From Balanoglossus misakiensis (Eukaryota; Animalia; Hemichordata): a stretch of DNA of 64,000 bases. Under the pieces are notes generated by a model. That model did not search any database. It was not told where the DNA came from and was given only the letters and a program-made list of their open reading frames with translations. The stretch spans positions 3,502,014-3,566,013 of the forward strand of contig CM082597.2 of NCBI GenBank assembly GCA_040954595.2, in the 5' to 3' direction. Within the stretch, counting starts at the first letter, position 1. Each line of letters opens with the position of its first letter. Of this stretch, positions 52,601-64,000 are shown in pieces. The translations under genes were made by a program, and so were the position numbers.

Positions 52601-53569
52601 TTGTTGCTATTGTCTTCTATTAGGTGCAGTCAGAACAAAGACAATATTTGCACAGGCTACCACTTTTATGCAAGCCATTTTACCTTGCATGCATGCATAC
52701 ATGCATACATACATACATACATACATACAGAGCATATCTGAATTAAACGTGTAGAATTTTACTTTCGTGTCTCACAGATAAAACATTTTAAATATATTTA
52801 GAGCGCCCTGTACCCGAAAAAGAATGCCAAGGAACACTTACACGCTTTTTCGACCGGGACAATCCTAGTGGAACTGCAGATTCAGAAACACTGGACAATT
52901 TAAGAAGAGAATATCCAGGCCAAATATGCTCTAACCCATCAGCCATATATGCCGAGACATTAGGTGGGATACCAGCAGAGGAAACTGGAGAGATATTTTC
53001 GAAGTATGACACGGAAAGTGGATTTCTCTGTCTGAGAAGGGAACAGCCTGATGGTCAATGCTTGGATTACCAAGTTCAGTTTTGTTGCCCAAGTAAGGAA
53101 AATTTAATTACTCAATCCTCAAATTCTATTCCTATCATTTTTCTAGTGAAAGTGTGAGAATATGTCTGCGCATGTACTGTTTGTTCATAGCATATGCTGT
53201 TTGGAGTAGAACAATTAAGAAATTGCATAGATTGAAAATACTGGAACTACAGCCCAAAGTCACAGCTAATATTGTACCATTAACATTATCTGCCTTTTAG
53301 CTGCCACCTGCCGGAGTTGGACAAGATGGTATGACCGAGATGACCCTTCCCATACCGCTGACAATGAAGGCCTCAGTGAACTTCGCAGAGAAAATCCAAA
53401 CCAGATCTGCGCGAATCCGGTTGATCTTGAAGTCCGCATAAAGAACACCCGGGAAATGGTCACACCAAATGATGGCGTTTTCCGTCACTTCGACACAACT
53501 GCTGGCTTTGTCTGTCTCAACATAGACCAAGTATGCAAAGATTACGAAGTCCGTTTTTGCTGTCCATGA
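49637..53569 (+). CDS. Secreted tectonin-like beta-propeller + Pro/Thr linker + 4x Mucin2_WxxW (CILP/mucin CysD-like) protein (633 aa, 8 exons)
   Basis: Exons: 49637-49675, 50172-50208, 50699-51298, 51446-51529, 51843-52133, 52237-52527, 52802-53092, 53301-53569. Total 1902 nt. Signal MKVLILCLVCILQSVHG, then RYKR. About five ~38-aa repeats (..W..V.NSCCV..I.VM.DGT.LGV..). Modules (W/L)TR(W/F)xDRDxPS...E.L..LR.E.P.QIC.NP...GFxC......C.DY.V.FCCP. Confidence 0.88.
50240..50385 (+). mobile_element. SINE core fragment with A-rich tail (intron 2)
   Basis: gtgcccttgagcaaggcactttaa..cattgctta..cccagg..atgggtacc resembles the conserved central domain of invertebrate tRNA-derived SINEs; A-rich run at 50351-50380. 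Confidence 0.6.
51739..51800. repeat. (CATA)n microsatellite; a related run at 52688-52729 precedes another duplicated WxxW exon
   Basis: Direct run. Confidence 0.9.
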
Positions 53570-53654
53570 TAATCGAATGTGGACCGTCCTACGTGGACTG
53601 TATTATGGGAATATTTTGGCGCGGTTTTATTTGGTGGAGGAATTTTAATTTTAA

Positions 53655-54799
53655 AGTGGAACGTTGTGATCCGTTTTTGAGCCAATTCGGCGAAATGCGA
53701 TTAAAAAGTACTATGAAAAACGTTGGTTTCATTCACTTTCACTTACGCATAACAGAGCTACAGCCAGCCAAAAACTGCGCGAACCCGGAAGTGAGTGACG
53801 TCAGCAACTGTTGTCCGCTGCCGACGCGTTGGAGCGAGCCTATGCTTATACACGCCTGCACTCACGCGACCGACGACGTTAGCATGGCAACATATTCTCG
53901 GGTAGTAGGCTACAATTTTGAACCAGAGATTCCCTTCTACGACCAAGCGACTGAATTTTACAGAGGACAAAAGTTCATGCAGTTCTGATCTCCGATGTGT
54001 CCCGTTTGTCAAGGCTTACACTTGGTGTGGTTTCAGTGAAACCATAGACACTCCATGGGTGAAACTCCCTTGTTGTCTCTCCCTCGTTGTCACCTTTTCG
54101 AACCACTTTTCTTACAAAAATACTTTGTCACCTTTTATGGAGTTGAAGAGAACGAAGGTGCATCGTCCTGCTCTCCAGGTGTAGTACGTCCGTAGTATAA
54201 TGGAAGCCAATACCATAGTTATTCTATGCATGTTTCGTCTCTTGAAATGTATTAAAACTGCCCTTTTTAGTTGCTTTCATTTGATAACTATGCGATCGTC
54301 AATAAATGGAAATTAAACTCAAATACGTGTACCAAAAAACGTGCAGGAAGGATTTAAAACGGTACGTTTATTATTATCAGCGGCAGTTAGAACAACTTTG
54401 TATAGGCCTTACGGTTTGTTCATAAACGTCGACATGCATGGCATCTTGGACATTGCAGGGTCTATGTCTGCACGCATCGACAAATACAATACACGTAGAG
54501 CATTGCCTTTGAAAGAAACTTATCCCCGTCGATTTTCCGAATATGTTTTTAAAGTCATGAACTTGACATTTTGCCATGTCAGATCCGCGCAAAATGTGTC
54601 TGTTTATTGGAAATGACACGTCGAACGTGTAAGAGCCCTGCGCGTCGACTGCAACGCAAGTTGCTGACGTCACTGTAGTATTTTCAACTCGCGTCTTCTG
54701 CTTGCGCAGGAAGTGAAAGTGAATTAACCCATCGGAACGTTGCCGTTTTTGACACCCGGTTTGGACTTTGAAGCCCAAAATTGTGGGTGTCGTTCCTCT
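53655..54799. mobile_element. Decayed Kolobok-like DNA element (~1.15 kb) just downstream of the WxxW gene stop
   Basis: TTAA flanks (53651-54, 54800-03); termini agtggaacg... / ...cgttcctct (AG..CT, short imperfect TIR). Internal remnant MATYSRVVGYNFEPE recalls the YxFEP start of Kolobok accessory (KolX) ORFs. Confidence 0.55.
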
Positions 54800-55859
54800 T
54801 TAAGACTTCTGTAACCATCATGGTTAACTATCACGTAGGGACATGCAATAAAAATTTGCCTCTTTGAGACATACAATAATGTTTCCTTGTTGTGTGTTAA
54901 CAGCCCCGGTCCAATTCATGTATGACTACTTCGTCACCTGTGTCAGAGAACTTGTTTCTTAAAGGTACACGGTCACCCGCATGTTACATTTCTCTGAAGT
55001 GAAAATTTCTTCAATGGCGTAAAATCAAAACGAATGGGTTATTTGGGGTGGTGCCTTACACATATCCATTTTCTGGTTTTGATTAAAGCAACCACAGAGT
55101 AGAACTTTATAGAAGCGTGTGGTTTGTGAGGTTTCCATCTATGAAACCTAAGAGTATAGTATTTGCTCCTCATTCGTGTTGCCACGTCAATAAACGAGGC
55201 CCTTGCAATTTCTGCCCCAAGTACTAAGTAAGACGCGTCGAGTGGTGTCGTATCTCACGTCGAAAAGTTGTTACCCTGGAGAGATCACCGCGCCCTGGAT
55301 GCGTGCCGAGTTAAATGTCTGAACTGAGATTGAACCTTGTAAATCAAAATTTTACACAACTTCAGCTGTAACGACACAACACTTATTTTGATGGGGTCAA
55401 ATGCCATGCTAATGTTCGGGCATTAAGATTATACGGCCTGCCATCGGGCAATATCGTTTACTGAATGCGGTTTTTGAAGAAATTCAACAGAGTGGCCAAT
55501 AGATAATTATCCAAACTCTACGCGACCCTCTGAGATCATGCATGGCTAGGCAGTTCATATGAGAGAGGCTAGCATTCTCATGTGACACAGTACAAGTACA
55601 TGTAAGACATACATTGTTGCCAGTCTTTTGGTTATGTACAAGTCAATGGGGTACAGATGAGACAATTGATATAAATGTTATAGAGGTTAACTTTCAGGCT
55701 GTCATGGGCATTACAGCTATATCCTGCTTATCATTGGTTGGGGGTATATATGTACTGGTATATAGTTTGATGGACACACAAGAAACCCTCCCAATTTCAC
55801 GGAATACGGTCACCGTTCTCATTCCCAGGCCCTGTGCCCCGTCTAGACCACGACGTGAT

Positions 55860-55992
55860 TTATGGCAAGAATACAGGGAACCCTAATAAAATGAAAACTG
55901 TGCTCACATCAGAATGGACCAGGGGGTGGGGATGGAATGACTATACTTGCAACAGTGGCATCAAGTCGATCTGCGAGAAAATTAAGACGCAG
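55860..55992 (+). pseudogene. Frameshifted copy of the last C-type lectin exon of the downstream SRCR-CTL gene
   Basis: gaaaactgtgctcacatcagaatgga..ggatggaatgactatac..atcaagtcgatctgcgagaaa(attaa)gacgcag|gtg is nearly identical to ~61068-61161, but has a +1 frameshift in the G-run and a 5-nt insertion. Confidence 0.85.
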
Positions 55993-57278
55993 GTGGGGGA
56001 CCTGTGTACAAAATTAACTGTGAGCACTGCATGTGATTCTGTGTCTAACATATCCTAGCGAAGACCAGGATCATGCTGCAGTATGACTTGACCCATTTGC
56101 CACAGTTTCCTCAATAGAGGTCCAACCTTACCCTATATAAGGACATACAAAAAGCCACAGGAATTCTGGATTTCGCCAACTCTTCATACACCTGGTAGCA
56201 AACCAGGACACACTGCCCTCATGCTACAGATGGATTAATGTGCTATGATGATGTAGAAGGTTTTGATGACTGGATAATGATCTGTGACACATGCAGTAAC
56301 CCAACGCAGAGGCTAAAGCTGATTTGACCCCCGAAACTGTATCACAGCTGTGATAGTACTTTACTCATTTAATAGGTTTCAATGATGTCTCTCGTAAATC
56401 CGCCCATTATCGTTTAATTGAAGTTCTAAAAATGAGTGGCGTTTTCAAAGTTCTTGCGGTTGAACGTTTAAAATGACCGAAGCCTATGGGTTATACAGCT
56501 CATGTAGAACTAATACTCCAAAACACCAACAACGGCAAATACCGTCTTGTCTATCAGCTGAGGTTTGATGAGATCACGGCTGTGGTGGCCATGTTGATTT
56601 TGGCAACATACTTTCAAATTAATGCCTTCAGTTGAGATAAGCTCATTTTCATAAGAAAAATTGGCAATTTTAAATGAGAGTTTTCACAAATCTGAAAGAA
56701 CTGGGCCATCGCAAGCAGAAAAGGGGTCTTACGGTCATAAGTATCCCATAAGACCCCTTCCTGCTTGGGATGGCCCAAATTTACTGTAGTTGTCATGTAT
56801 GATGGTCTTGTCCCAGCGTCGTCTGAGCCAATCCCATCCAACAAGGGCTGGTAATAGAGGTGTTGGCAGAATGAGATAGAATGTCACCAATGAAAGAAGA
56901 TAAAAAATAACGAATTGGTCTATGACAGTCCTGTTGATAACCAGGTTTGTAATGCCCTGGTCACCAAATGTGAAAGCAGGCATCGCTCTCTCAGCGGCAT
57001 ACACATCCAAAATAAATGTCGCACTTACATCTTGTGTCAGTATAGAAGATTCACTTTTATACAAAAAGAACTGAGATTTGTATTGAAACGTAGAATTTGA
57101 CTTAGAATGCAAACTCGCAATTCTTTAGTGTAGGTAAGGAAGTGTGCATTGTGTTGAAACCTGACTCCTTGATTATTTCCCAACAAAATTCTATTGAGTT
57201 AGGGGCGCCTGCAAAGTAACAAAACATCATGAGAAGTTGGACAGTCGAACATATGGTTGTCACAGGCCGGCGATCAAG

Positions 57279-60200
57279 ATGAATTCGCTCTTGGCTCTGG
57301 TAATTCTGTTCTCGTGCACTTCTCAGGTGGTCAATGCTGCCGCGCGAAGAAGTGCAGAGTGCGCAGCTGACGAGAGCTACTGCAACCGGCCAGACACCTG
57401 TGCCTATGTACTCACCTACCCGCCCAGCGCCGACTCGCCCTGCCCGAACCCCCAAGACATGAGCGCGGACATACAGACCGTGCTCGGCGACGTCAAGTTG
57501 CTGTCGACCCAACTCAAGAAGACCAAATTGCTGGTGGAAACGGTCGCCGATCAGCAGGACAGCTTGCAGATGCTCGTCAGCCAACGAGACGAACTGGCCC
57601 AGCAGCAGAGCAGCGACATCGACGATCTGGAGAACGCCATGGACAGCATTGACGAGGGAACCCGGCAAGAAATCAATGATTTGACCAACAGGGTGGACAG
57701 CCTCGACCAACAGCACCAAAATGCCATCGACGAACTGGACGCTAGAGTGGGCGCAATAGAAGTCGCCGACTCATCAGCACTACTGGAGACTCTTCACACG
57801 AAAATGGACGGACTCACTGCTACATTGCAGGCCCTGTCGACAGACCATTCTCAACAACTGGCCGAGTTGCAGCAAACAGCGGGTCGGCATTCAAATCAGA
57901 TCGTGGAACTGCAAAACGAAGCACGTAAGGCTAATTAAAAAACAATACTAGTATGAGTATCTAAAGCAAGCTCTTCATTCCTGTTGTAGCCATATTCCAT
58001 GGGGCACAACACGTACAGTATTAAACCAAAAAACCACAGGTATTTTCACTTCACCTTACCAGGTAAACATAGCCTGACATGCCCTCATGCTGAACCTGTT
58101 CTGTATCTCAGCCTTCTTTTATACAAATTCATGATCCAGAGCATGGCCAATCAACACCAATCTGGCTCTGGTTGCAAAATAATGTACCCTGTGCCTGTGA
58201 ACACCAGTGAAAATGTCTTATTTTATTTTATTGCAGATGAAGGTGATATACGCCTGCAAGGATCAGGAAGCCAAAACCGAGGACGCGTCGAGATATTTCA
58301 TGCTGGCCGGTGGGGCACACTCTGTGACGACAACTTCGACGACGTTGACGCAGGCGTTATTTGTCGCCAGCTCGGATATAGGTAATCATTTTACGACCCG
58401 CCAATAATAATAATAATCACCAAATGATTACGGTTCTGGTGATGTGAGCTTTTCTGCTCACGGCGAAACAGCCGTCAGTGAAAACGGTTTGAGATGGACA
58501 GAAGAAGTTGACTGACCATCGATTTTGACTTACGTCCAGTTGACAAGAAACGAAATTGATTGTGTATATCTTTCTCTTTTGACAGCCATGGTTGCTCGTA
58601 CTTTGCAGCAATTTTTGGACAGGGACCTGCACATATGCCAGTGTGGCTGGAGGACATTGCTTGCACTGGCACTGAATCCCGTCTGACTTTCTGTCCCTCT
58701 CGTGGATGGGGTATACAAGACTGTTCCCACGCTGAAGATGCAGGTGTTCAGTGCGGAGGTATGTTGTACAAAGTACCGGTACATACAGTATGCCACTTGC
58801 ATGACCCTTGCATCCTCGTACTTCCCGTGGTTAGAATCTAGGTTCACTAAAACATCTACAAACACTCCATAATTGCAGCTGTATATATTCAATTGTGTAC
58901 ATGTTTCTTCTCTGATAATGTTGAATTTTGACAAGCCAATACCAATGGATGTAGGGTCAAGTATGGGTCATGACAGTGGCCTGTGACTTGCATGTGAAAC
59001 CGTCGCTGCAATGATTGTTCTGGGGGTTCCTCCAATCGAGGTGCAAGTAATTATTTGATGCACCCCCAAAATATGGCCACCGTCAACATGCACCAGAGCT
59101 AGGAAATGAGCGCAAAATTTGTTAATAATAATAAAGATATATGATGCCTTTAAATGGAAATAGAAGAAAAATTGCTCGGTATCATTAATTTGTTTGGCTG
59201 AGCTAGACAATATCTCAACTGACTCAAGGGAAGGTAGTAATTTATTTTCATCTTTACATATAGACCAACAGTATGTACGTTTGGTAGGGGGCTCAAAGCC
59301 TTCTGAAGGCCGTGTAGAAATATTCAACAATGAATGGGGTACTGTGTGCGATGATGGGTTTGGTCAAGAAGAAGCTAATGTTGTATGTCGCGAATTGGGA
59401 TACAGGTATGAAGTTAAAGGCCAACGGTCGTTTTTTTCCGCATGTGCGTAATTTTGTGTTTGAAAACACAGCCAATCAAAATGTTGAGATGAACAGCTAG
59501 AAGAAATGTGCCGTCTATCAATTTTTCACTAGTCCAAGATACAGTTATGGGTAAATTGTTGTGAGTCTCACAAAGTTGGCACACTAGGGGAAGTGACTGT
59601 GTTGGGTTTTGTTTTCCGTAGGGCGTTACATTATCACTAGAGCATTCACTGGGATCTAGCTGACACAAGGCTTTTCATTTTTGCATTGAATGGAAAAGGC
59701 AGACACAACGTTTCATTTTTACTGTGTTGATAAAAAAAAATCGTCTGTGCAGCTCAAACCGTTTTCATTGTACTAACCCGAATTCTATCTGCAGTGGCGG
59801 AACAGACCGCCAAGCTGCGCATTTTGGGGCAGGACCTCGCGACATATGGCTGGATGATGTGGTGTGTACTGGGAGTGAAAGTCGCCTGGCCGATTGTCAT
59901 CATGCTGGTTGGGGCGTACAAAACTGTGAACACACTGAAGACGTCGGCGTCGTCTGTACTGGTAGGTTTCGTAAACAAAAGCAAATTTTCAAAGCATGTT
60001 TCCACGTTCCATGTTTGTTTATTCATAGATATATCAACTTCTTGTTTGTTGACGGTTTATTGCATTTAACTTTATCATCAAAGTTAATATAATGTTCCGA
60101 ACGACATTATAAAGACTGAAACGCAGAAGGAACTGGGTTTCACTCGGGACTACCTGGTACATGCAAATCTCTGATTAATTAAAGTTTAGTTCAATTCAAT

Positions 60201-61364
60201 TCAATGTCACTATTTCAGGTTGTGAAACCGGTTGGCGTTTTTATAACGGACACTGCTACATCATAGATCAGAACGAGATGAATTACGACTCTGCCAGGCT
60301 CGTCTGTCAGATCAAGGGCGCTGACCTGGTCACTGTGAACGACATGCAAGAAGCACTATATTTGACAAGTGAGTATAGACAGAATGGAAAGGCAACACAA
60401 TGTGGCTGTTCCTTAAAATTACAATGTACCGGTAAATCAATGCGATCAGTGTGGCTGTTACTTTGTATCACACTGTAGTGTAACTGCTAAAATGTACATC
60501 ATTGCAAACAATGTGGTTGTTACTTTGTATCACACTGTTGTGTAACTGCTAAAATGTACATCATTGCAAACAATGTGGTTGTTACTTTGTATTACAGAGT
60601 ACACCATGGCTAACTATGAGTTCCCTGAAACTCACAAATTTGTATCATTTTTAATCTACAGGTACTTTAATGTCTGCAACAGACTGGGCTTGGATTGGCC
60701 TGCGGTATAACGGTGGGAGTTGGCGATTGGCTAATGGCGTTGAGGTAAATAATCAGTGCACAACAAAATGTCACGTTAAATTTTGGCACAACATTTTTTT
60801 AAAAATCTTTTTCTATTTCAACATTAATTTTTTGGACCAAGTTGACACAATTCTCCATTTTCTGTAGGCTTTGATCAACATTTTGGGGGGAAATGAGGAA
60901 AAGGGTGATTATTTTCCAAAAGATGGCTGCCAACAAGTTCCTTTTGGCATGAAAGTACTAATCTAATTTCCTCCTCTCCACCATTCATCTTACTGCCATC
61001 TTTCTGTCGTTTGTTTCAAAAGGCTACTTTCTTCGATTGGCTCCCTGGTGAACCGAGCTCAGCAAGCGAAAACTGTGCTCACATCAGAATGGATGAGGGG
61101 GGTGGATGGAACGACTATACCTGCTCCGGTACAATCAAGTCGATCTGCGAGAAAGACGCAGGTGAGAAAGTAAACAAAATTATACAACAAAACGCGTACG
61201 GTTTGAGCTGCATGTTCATTACTATCATTTTTTAACAGACCAGTTTATAGGAATTAGAGTGATTATATAAACTGTTGCTCAATACAATAAGAAACAGTCA
61301 TTGTGTAAATTGTTGCAAACTCAATATTCCTTCACCTTTTCTTTTTTGTTCTCACACAGCTTGA
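57279..61364 (+). CDS. Secreted coiled-coil + 2x SRCR + C-type lectin protein (549 aa, 9 exons)
   Basis: Exons: 57279-57924, 58237-58381, 58586-58758, 59264-59405, 59795-59961, 60219-60368, 60662-60744, 61023-61161, 61360-61364. Total 1650 nt. Signal [20 protein letters not shown]; heptad region; SRCR motifs GRVEI...WGT.CDD..CR.LGY, WL.D..C.G.E.RL..C...WG...C.H.ED.GV.C; CTLD CETGW..HCY, WIGL, W.PGEPS, ENCA, WNDY.C, ICEK. Confidence 0.92.
60450..60598. repeat. ~62-bp minisatellite, about 2.5 copies, in intron 6 of the SRCR-CTL gene
   Basis: Same unit and orientation as 42253-42497. Confidence 0.88.
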
Positions 61365-64000
61365 TTGATGCAGCAATATTACGATGGTCCACTCAATTGC
61401 CAGAGACGGTACCTACCAGCGAAAGGGATCATCATCCATGGATATTATGAATGCATTTTGCTAGTTCTAGTTTTCAAATTGCCCGCTATGCGTAGTGATC
61501 TGCCAGAACCTTGAGGCGTAAAATTTTCTATGAATTGTGATGTAATTTGCTTTTCTTGACTCAAACAGCAAATTAAATTAAAGTAGAATAATGCACTGTG
61601 ACTGTCTGTGTGAGTATTTTGTACCGGTACACTACACTATGGAGGAGTACAATGCTGAATCAGTTATCACCTTGTGGAAGAAAGCATACAAGTTTAAATT
61701 TGAGACTTGAATTATACAACAGTTTATGGAAACATCTACTGACAAGTTCTCTCTTTAATATTACATTTTTAGTTCATGGCACACATTAGTAGAAAAAAAA
61801 AACTTTGACTCATTTGAGTGTTTGGATAGAGTTTGTAAATACAACAGAGATGCCTAAATTATTCATATGCATTTTGACCTGTCAATGGAGATATTAAAGC
61901 TCGTTGAACATCTTTCCAACTACGTCCCCACTTTTATAAAGGTATCTGAAGCGACACCATCATTATTCCCTTCAGTTCTTTTCCTTTACGTTAAAGGTAT
62001 AGGGTCTCCTATGCAAATTTAGCTACAGTTACCATGGTAAATTGAGATCTAATCATAGATGATCAGTGGGTGGCACACGCAAAAAATGAGTGCCACCATA
62101 TATTCTTTAGAACACTCAGATATGGCGTTTTAGCCATTTATGGACATATGTAGAATGGAGGTGAGCGTGTACGGTACCTATAGGGTTATAGAAATGTTGA
62201 TCATAAAAAAGCATGCCAAGGACAGGCAACACCAATAGTACACACTTATCTCTGGTAGAAGTGGGGTATGTTCACCTCCAAATGGAATTCAACACCAGCA
62301 CATTCACCTTAGAACGTCTTCTCCACAACTCCCCTAAAATCTTTTACAGCAATTTTGTCGTATTCCATTACCATAAAGCACAGCTCAGCTTTGAACTTAA
62401 CAAGCATGCCATAAATCGACACATGGTAAGGAAATTATCCTTGAACTTAGGTCGCGGGGAGATGGGACAAAATGGCATTTACATCGACGGCGGGATGATA
62501 TTTCAATGTGTGAACTGTAAACACTTTTATGGACGTACCCACTCGACACTTTCCCTACGTGATAGGAAATATCTGTATTATATTATTTTGATTTATAGGC
62601 AATGGTGATGCTGTTAGCCCGACCCCCCCCCCTTCCCCCTGCACAATTAGGTTGCACCGAATCTGCTACCCTTCACTGTTGACCGGTCATGATCTGGTGA
62701 TCAGTATTCCCTTTTCACAAGGGTGTAGGCCCTGTATTTTCTTGGTTAAGTGTGATTCAGACTTCGATCTCATAACAGGTCCCATGTGGTTTAAACTTAA
62801 TACTGACCATGCACAAAAGTTGACTCAACGGTGAATAAATGTGAAGATACCATAAATTGTTTCACTGAATGCTCAATCCTGGCTGTCTACAATGTACAAG
62901 CACAGAACCAATGAGTACAATTCACCAGTATTTTAGCGTCTTTCCAGTAGTCAAACAACAGGTACAGATTTTCATAACAAACAAAATGCATGAAAAAAAG
63001 CTAAAATGAGCAACTTCATAAGTTAAAGCCATGTGAATATTTTGACTAATGTTCTGACGATGTAAAGACAGATTTTCGAGGCGCATAACTACCTGCAAAT
63101 CAGCAAGGACAATTACAACCACATGCGATTATAGGATTATATTCATCGAAACCGACCTGAACTCACTGTATTGTACCGGATGGGAGGTATCAAGTGATTT
63201 ACGGTGCATATTTGATATGTCTTGAACGCCATTAATGTAGCAAATGTTGGTTTTCAACACAGAAATATTATAGTGACCGACATATGAAAGTCAGGGCCTC
63301 ACACTTACAGTGTGTAGGCCAAGAATGATAGCCATAGCTACTTGAACAGGTAAATGTCTGAAAACAGCAACCTGGTCATGATGATGTACCGTATACATGA
63401 TGGTGGTGATGTATATGCGTTGCATGGCAAATAAACAACAAGGGTCTTTATAACTTGTTCGCTTGTAATTTCTTTTGCAGACAAGTTTCTACAAATTACA
63501 CTTGTCAAAATATTCGCTCATCTCTTCATAACCTGGATTGCGCTACCAGTCTCAAAAGTTTAGTTGCAAAGCGTCGCAGACCGGTCCCATGCTACTGATG
63601 GGTTATTTATGACCCTCTGGATTTTTATATCAGGGTCAGGATACCCCCCAAAGCAGGGAATATCACACTGGATCCCTGAAACTGACACTTATATGACTAC
63701 AGCGCGGTCATCATTTTAACCGATCGGGTTTCTCTGGTTCGGTCGTAAATCTTCCCGTGCGTGGCTTCACTCATTATCGAAGAGTGGAACTCGGGGGAAA
63801 GTGCTTGGGACCGGAGACGTTGACCATATTCAAAGGACGTGAACCCGCAGGTTTTGAGAACTGAGAAAAGGGACATTTCATGATCATTGGCACACTATTG
63901 TGAGGTCTTCCCAAAAGTCACACACGTGCAGCCATCCAATCCAAAATCCCCCCATCAATAATTTCGTACATGCAGCGCATTATGTTAGATTTGCCCACTT

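Noticed and set aside
57102-57719. 205-aa minus-strand ORF
   Set aside because: Antisense to the coiled-coil exon of the SRCR-CTL gene.
61991-62600. TTAA-AGG.. Kolobok-like left end (similar single ends near 21922 and 54959)
   Set aside because: No matching right TIR/TSD was found, so element boundaries cannot be supported.

Overview
AT-rich (roughly 38-40% GC by eye), intron-rich animal genomic DNA. The gene families and repeats resemble those of a marine invertebrate deuterostome (hemichordate/echinoderm/amphioxus-like), but that is inference and the species cannot be determined. I hand-spliced seven complete protein-coding genes with phase-consistent exons. (1-2) A tandem pair of 18-exon white-family ABCG half-transporters (minus): one has canonical ATPase motifs, the other has a degenerate signature, D-loop and H-switch. 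(3-4) A tandem pair of secreted proteins with signal peptide, 2 LDLa-like modules and a CAP/SCP domain (minus). (5) A RING/B-box/B-box/coiled-coil (TRIM-like) protein with an N-terminal MGCxxS acylation motif and tyrosine motifs (minus). (6) A secreted beta-propeller (tectonin-like) plus 4x Mucin2_WxxW protein with a duplicated promoter/signal-peptide exon (plus). (7) A secreted coiled-coil, 2x SRCR, C-type lectin protein (plus), preceded by a decayed copy of its lectin exon. Also present are TA- and TTAA-flanked MITE/Kolobok-like elements, a SINE fragment, a ~61-bp minisatellite at two loci and many microsatellites. The first ~13 kb has no recognisable coding gene. No rRNA, tRNA or CRISPR was seen. 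Domain names come from motif recognition, not database searches.
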